Positions 59,907 to 64,000 of a DNA stretch of 64,000 nt are shown here, one piece after another (the first letter of the stretch is position 1; each line of letters begins with the position of its first letter). The stretch comes from Andalucia godoyi And28 (taxonomy: Eukaryota > Protista > Jakobida). The position numbers were made by a program, and so were the translations under genes. The notes under the pieces were generated by a model. It saw nothing but the letters and a program-made list of their open reading frames with translations, ran no database searches and was not told the DNA's origin. Location of the stretch: contig VRVR01000033.1 in the NCBI GenBank assembly GCA_009859145.1, positions 62,001 to 126,000 of the forward strand. The letters are read 5' to 3'.

Positions 59907-61166
59907 TCAGGGGTTGGGTTCCTGAGCCAAATCAGGGGCGTCACCGACATTGAAGAGATAGATGTGCGCCAGAAGTTGCGGAAGCGCAAGGCCTCGCAGC
60001 GATTCCAAGTTCAGCTGCAAACGCTGAGGCCTTTGGTGCACAGAAGACACGTACCGGTATTGATAATCGTCGCGTAAACAAGGAAGCTGCTTGCAGTCGT
60101 CCTTGTACTTTTCAAGAAGATCCCAGGGCAGTGGCTCCGAGCTCCCTGCCGACGCTTCTTTTTTGAAAGACTCGACAACGGTGCCATCCAACGAAAACGA
60201 TGGGAGGAACGCATCGTTGGATAATGTGAACGAACGGGTCAAGAGCAGCTCTGTTTGCGAAACGAACTGCAGCATCAACGAGCCTTCGTCCAGCAACAAG
60301 CACATCTCGTTTGCAATGCATTGGCTAACAAAACTCTTGCTCGCGTCGCTGTCTAGAGACAGTAAGCATGCATGGACAGCACCATCGGAACGTCTTGCCA
60401 ATTGTGAGGCCATGTTGGTTGCTGAATTGGCAGTAGTAGCGGTGGTGGCCGTGGCGGCCTTCATCGTCGTCGTTGTTGTTGTTGTTGTTGTTGTTCCCGG
60501 AAGAATCTGAATGCTGGAAACAGGAACGACGTTCGACAACCCCATTTGTGCAGTTCCAAGGTGTGTAAAAGAGCTTGCTACAAAGCGTATTGCGCACCTG
60601 TCTTTAACCTCGATCTCGTAGATCGACAAACTGAAAAACCGATAAAAAACATCGTCCAACAGCGACATGCGATTCGAAGGAATCTCATCCAATCGTTCCG
60701 TGATCCAGACGGTGTCTCCGCCGTCCGTGTTCGTAATCTTGCGCGCGGGGAAGAACCTGGTGCTGTGCAAAGAACCCAGCATGGAAAGCTGAACTGTGTG
60801 AACATCGATTTGCAATCGGTGGGGTAACCTCGGATCGTGGTAGTCTTTGCAACTGAACAACCGCAAAGGCTCTGTGGGTCCCTGCAGAATCAGCAGTGAT
60901 ACCTTTGTTTGCATCTTCTTCGATTGCGCTGAGGTGAAGTGCCTGTGTAATTCTGTACAAACAAGCCGTTCGACATTGCATGTCGTTTCCTGTGCGGAAC
61001 AGGACGATTCCTCCAATGCGTTTGTGTAGGAATCCGCTATCATTTCTGCTATTTGTTCCGCAAACAGCAAAGTGTGCAGCAAACTCGGCGACGAGCCGCT
61101 CAACACGTACAAACATTTGCTTTGCGCTGCTGTCGATGACGCTGCCACACCCGCAATGGAGAACAT
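59907..61166 (-). CDS. Hypothetical protein (about 419 aa) with poly-Thr tract
   Basis: Long ORF. First ATG (MFSIAGVAAS) at 61166. No recognised domain. Confidence 0.6.
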   Translation of the reverse strand: MFSIAGVAASSTAAQSKCLYVLSGSSPSLLHTLLFAEQIAEMIADSYTNALEESSCSAQETTCNVERLVCTELHRHFTSAQSKKMQTKVSLLILQGPTEPLRLFSCKDYHDPRLPHRLQIDVHTVQLSMLGSLHSTRFFPARKITNTDGGDTVWITERLDEIPSNRMSLLDDVFYRFFSLSIYEIEVKDRCAIRFVASSFTHLGTAQMGLSNVVPVSSIQILPGTTTTTTTTTTMKAATATTATTANSATNMASQLARRSDGAVHACLLSLDSDASKSFVSQCIANEMCLLLDEGSLMLQFVSQTELLLTRSFTLSNDAFLPSFSLDGTVVESFKKEASAGSSEPLPWDLLEKYKDDCKQLPCLRDDYQYRYVSSVHQRPQRLQLNLESLRGLALPQLLAHIYLFNVGDAPDLAQEPNP

Positions 61167-61612
61167 CTTGTCCAAATACGGACCAAACGGCGAGTGAAAG
61201 CAGCGCTCAAACAGCGACACGAATTGCAAATCGACCACCAGTATCAATACCAATTGGTCCACTCTCATCCTTTTTTCCCCTCCTTCCCCCACCGCCTGCG
61301 TATCCTCTGCCCCGTCCCCCAATTCTCCCTACGTGTCTATGTAACGGCATGCGCCTCCACCACGTACCCGTTAGAACTGCACTCCGCACTCCGCACTCCG
61401 CAGTCTGCAAGCTGCAACGCTTTTTTCTTTGGATAGCAGTAGCGCACAGGCAGCACAGTGCTTGAAGACTACAGTACATTTCGCGTTGGGATCTACAGCA
61501 AACTGCATGGTGCACGGTGCACAACAAGCAAAGTTTTATTCTTTTGGCCTGAGTGCTCGTTTCGTCTGCCGCATTTTCAGAGTTTGCCGATGGAGGAGGA
61601 CCGAGTGTGAAA

Positions 61613-62908
61613 ATGGTTCGTGTAGTAGAGTTGAGAAAGGCAGCGGCGATAGGAACGAAATGCACTGTGTCAGGGTGGGTTAAGTCGATGCGGTCTCAAA
61701 AGACGCATGCATTTCTCGAGTTGAACGACGGGTCCTCGCAATCGAGTTTGCAAGTGATCTTGTCACCTTTGCAGTCTGCACAGATGCTTCCGTCCGGAAC
61801 GTGTGTCGAGGTAACGGGATCCGTAGTCAAGTCAAAAGGTGGTAACCAAGAGACCGAAATGAGCTGCGATGATATCCGTGTCATTGGACCGTGCTCGGAT
61901 GCCGCGTATCCGCTGCAAAAGAAGGCACACACGCTTGAATTTCTACGAGAAGTCCCTCACTTGAGATCGCGGTCAAACACGATCGGCGGCATGCTCAGAA
62001 TTCGCAATGCTGCAATGATGGGGCTGCATGGGTTCTACCAGAATGAAGGATTTGTGCTTGTTTCGACTCCCATTCTGACCTCGTCTGACTGCGAGGGCGC
62101 AGGAGAAGCGTTCGAGGTTTCCAAATCGGCTGAGTTTTTCGGTGGGAAAACTGCATTTTTGACTGTATCGGGGCAGCTCCAGGCCGAGGCGTTTGCTCTA
62201 AGCCACTCAAAGGTCTACACATTCGGCCCAACATTTCGCGCGGAAAACTCCCAAACCAGCAGACACTTGGCAGAGTTTTGGATGTGCGAGCCTGAGATGT
62301 GTTTCGTTGGGCTCCCTGAATTGATTGAAAATGCAGAGCAGGCGATCAAGTGCGCTGCAAGAAGGGTTTTCGAGTCTTGCTCGGAAGATGTTGAGTTCTT
62401 TGAGAAGCGATATGGCCTGCAAAAAGTCGATTTACAAGCTCCCTGGAAGCGCATTTCGTACGATGATGCGATTGTGGCTCTTCAGAAATCGGGAACTTCC
62501 TTTGAAAAAGAAGTCAAGTTTGGAATGGATCTGGGTTCGGAACATGAAAAATGGCTCGCGGAAGTGTACGCGGACCAGCAACCGATCTTCTTGTTCGGGT
62601 TTCCGCGCGAGCTGAAGCCATTTTACGTCAAGGAGCGCGACTCCTTTGACCTTTTGGTTCCGAAAATTGGAGAGCTGATTGGAGGCTCTGTTCGCGAAGA
62701 GCGATTCGATATCTTGCGAATGGAGCTCGAGGCGCGGAAGATGCCCCTCCAGCACTATGGATGGTACTTGGACCTCCGGAAGTACGGATCGGCTCCTCAC
62801 GGAGGATACGGCATCGGCTTTGAGCGCCTCGTCAGAATGGTCACCGGTCTCGAGAATATACGAGATGCTGTCCCCATTCCACGTGTCCCCAACTGCCTCC
62901 CCATGTGA
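61613..62908 (+). CDS. NARS2: Asparaginyl-tRNA synthetase, bacterial/mitochondrial type (start uncertain)
   Basis: GWVKSMRSQK..FLELNDGSS, YPLQKK, HLRSRSN, FLTVSGQL, YTFGPTFRAENSQTSRHLAEFWMCEPE, GELIGGSVREER and PHGGYGIGFERL. Confidence 0.9.
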   Translation: MVRVVELRKAAAIGTKCTVSGWVKSMRSQKTHAFLELNDGSSQSSLQVILSPLQSAQMLPSGTCVEVTGSVVKSKGGNQETEMSCDDIRVIGPCSDAAYPLQKKAHTLEFLREVPHLRSRSNTIGGMLRIRNAAMMGLHGFYQNEGFVLVSTPILTSSDCEGAGEAFEVSKSAEFFGGKTAFLTVSGQLQAEAFALSHSKVYTFGPTFRAENSQTSRHLAEFWMCEPEMCFVGLPELIENAEQAIKCAARRVFESCSEDVEFFEKRYGLQKVDLQAPWKRISYDDAIVALQKSGTSFEKEVKFGMDLGSEHEKWLAEVYADQQPIFLFGFPRELKPFYVKERDSFDLLVPKIGELIGGSVREERFDILRMELEARKMPLQHYGWYLDLRKYGSAPHGGYGIGFERLVRMVTGLENIRDAVPIPRVPNCLPM

Positions 62909-63175
62909 CTTACCGCACGACCGAACAGTAAAACTACGCTGTTCAATTGTTGGTGCTTTTTTTTCTGCATGCGAGCAGGAAATCGAAGGGTCGAAAACGA
63001 TTTTCGTTTGCCTGCGCGCCCCGTCTTTCGGGAGTTGTTTCGTCATTTCAGTTTCTTCATTTATTTCGCATACCGAGCTTGCGTGAGAACAGAATCGATT
63101 ATCAATCTTCTTCTTTTCTGTTTCTGTTTTTTTAGTGAGTAGAGGGTGTTTTAATTTTTTGTTTTTTTAAGTTTC

Positions 63176-64000
63176 ATGTCCGACGGGATGCAGCGGGGTT
63201 CGGAAGTCGTTTCAGAGACCGGGAATGTCGACACTTCACAGGAACCGGATGACATAGAAATCGAGGTCATTGAGAACTACGTTCCCAGACCGGTGAAGGA
63301 GCCGATGGGAATATTTTGGGAAGACTTGTCCTACTCGGTCGAGTTCAAAGACCCAAAGACGAAGAAGGTGGCTTCAAAGCAGATTTTAAGAAGTGTTTCT
63401 GGCTGCGCGCTTCCGGGTGAGCTCTTGTTTATTATGGGAGGTTCTGGAGCTGGAAAATCGACTCTCTTGAACGCTGTTGCCTGGAGACTGTTGAACGGAA
63501 CGCTAAAAGGGACTCTAAAAGTGAATGATTACCCGGAAGAAAAATACGCAGATATCGTCAAAAACCATTCTGCATATGTGCTGCAAGCTGATATAATGCT
63601 GGAAACGCTGACACCTCGAGAAGTATTGTCTTTTCAAGCGGAGTTGAAAATGCAAGACTTGGCTCTTGTGGAGGATGTCCTTCACGCTTTGGACCTCGGG
63701 AAATGTGAGGATACGTTGATATCCAAGATTTCGGGAGGACAGAAGAAGCGAGTTTCCATCGCGATGGAATTGCTTGCGAATCCAGCCTTGCTGTTGCTGG
63801 ACGAACCGACGTCGGGGCTGGACTCGTTTACTGCTGTGAAACTGATCCAGTTGCTCAAAAAGATGGCGGTTCTGGACAACCGGACGATCATCTGCACGAT
63901 TCATCAACCCTCCTCGGACATTTTTGCCTTGTTTGACAAGCTGCTCTTGTTGGACGAGGGAGGCGTGGTCTATTTTGGCAAGGCGCAGGAAGTGATCCCG
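63176..64000 (+). CDS. ABCG (White-type) half transporter, NBD portion; runs off the window end
   Basis: Not in the ORF track because there is no stop. Translation gives FWEDLSYSV, ILRSVSG..LPGELLFIMGGSGAGKSTLLN, AYVLQAD, ISGGQKKRVSIAMEL, LLLDEPTSGLDSFTA and CTIHQPSSDIF. Confidence 0.92.
   Translation, partial: MSDGMQRGSEVVSETGNVDTSQEPDDIEIEVIENYVPRPVKEPMGIFWEDLSYSVEFKDPKTKKVASKQILRSVSGCALPGELLFIMGGSGAGKSTLLNAVAWRLLNGTLKGTLKVNDYPEEKYADIVKNHSAYVLQADIMLETLTPREVLSFQAELKMQDLALVEDVLHALDLGKCEDTLISKISGGQKKRVSIAMELLANPALLLLDEPTSGLDSFTAVKLIQLLKKMAVLDNRTIICTIHQPSSDIFALFDKLLLLDEGGVVYFGKAQEVIP

Overview
Gene-dense, intron-poor nuclear DNA from a flagellated, mitochondrion-bearing microbial eukaryote. 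It is not prokaryotic: it has spliceosomal introns, ATG9, a WDR34-like dynein-2 chain, an EB1-like protein, a DYRK kinase and microsatellite-rich spacers. A Discoba/jakobid-like protist is my guess, not a demonstration. About 30 CDSs are supportable. Most are housekeeping genes (MOV10-like helicase, RING E3, WDR34, FeSOD, ATG9, DYRKP, UXT, ACAD8, TBC-TLDc, ABCF2, AsnRS, partial ABCG). The most notable observations are: (1) a non-coding dispersed repeat family with four related pieces and a conserved GGGG-loop-CCC hairpin/AACACG core; (2) several bacterial-looking genes embedded among eukaryotic ones: an actinobacterial-type GH13 alpha-glucosidase, a secreted propeller plus helical-barrel protein, a DDCMS-variant peptide deformylase and a small HxxH protein; (3) a three-exon, strongly diverged CCT-eta-like chaperonin missed by the ORF track, with a deletion in the equatorial domain; (4) an ATF6/bZIP28-like membrane-tethered bZIP with a site-1-protease motif; (5) a GAF-coiled-coil-PAS protein with no enzymatic output domain. 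All homology calls come from motif recognition by eye; no database searches were run.
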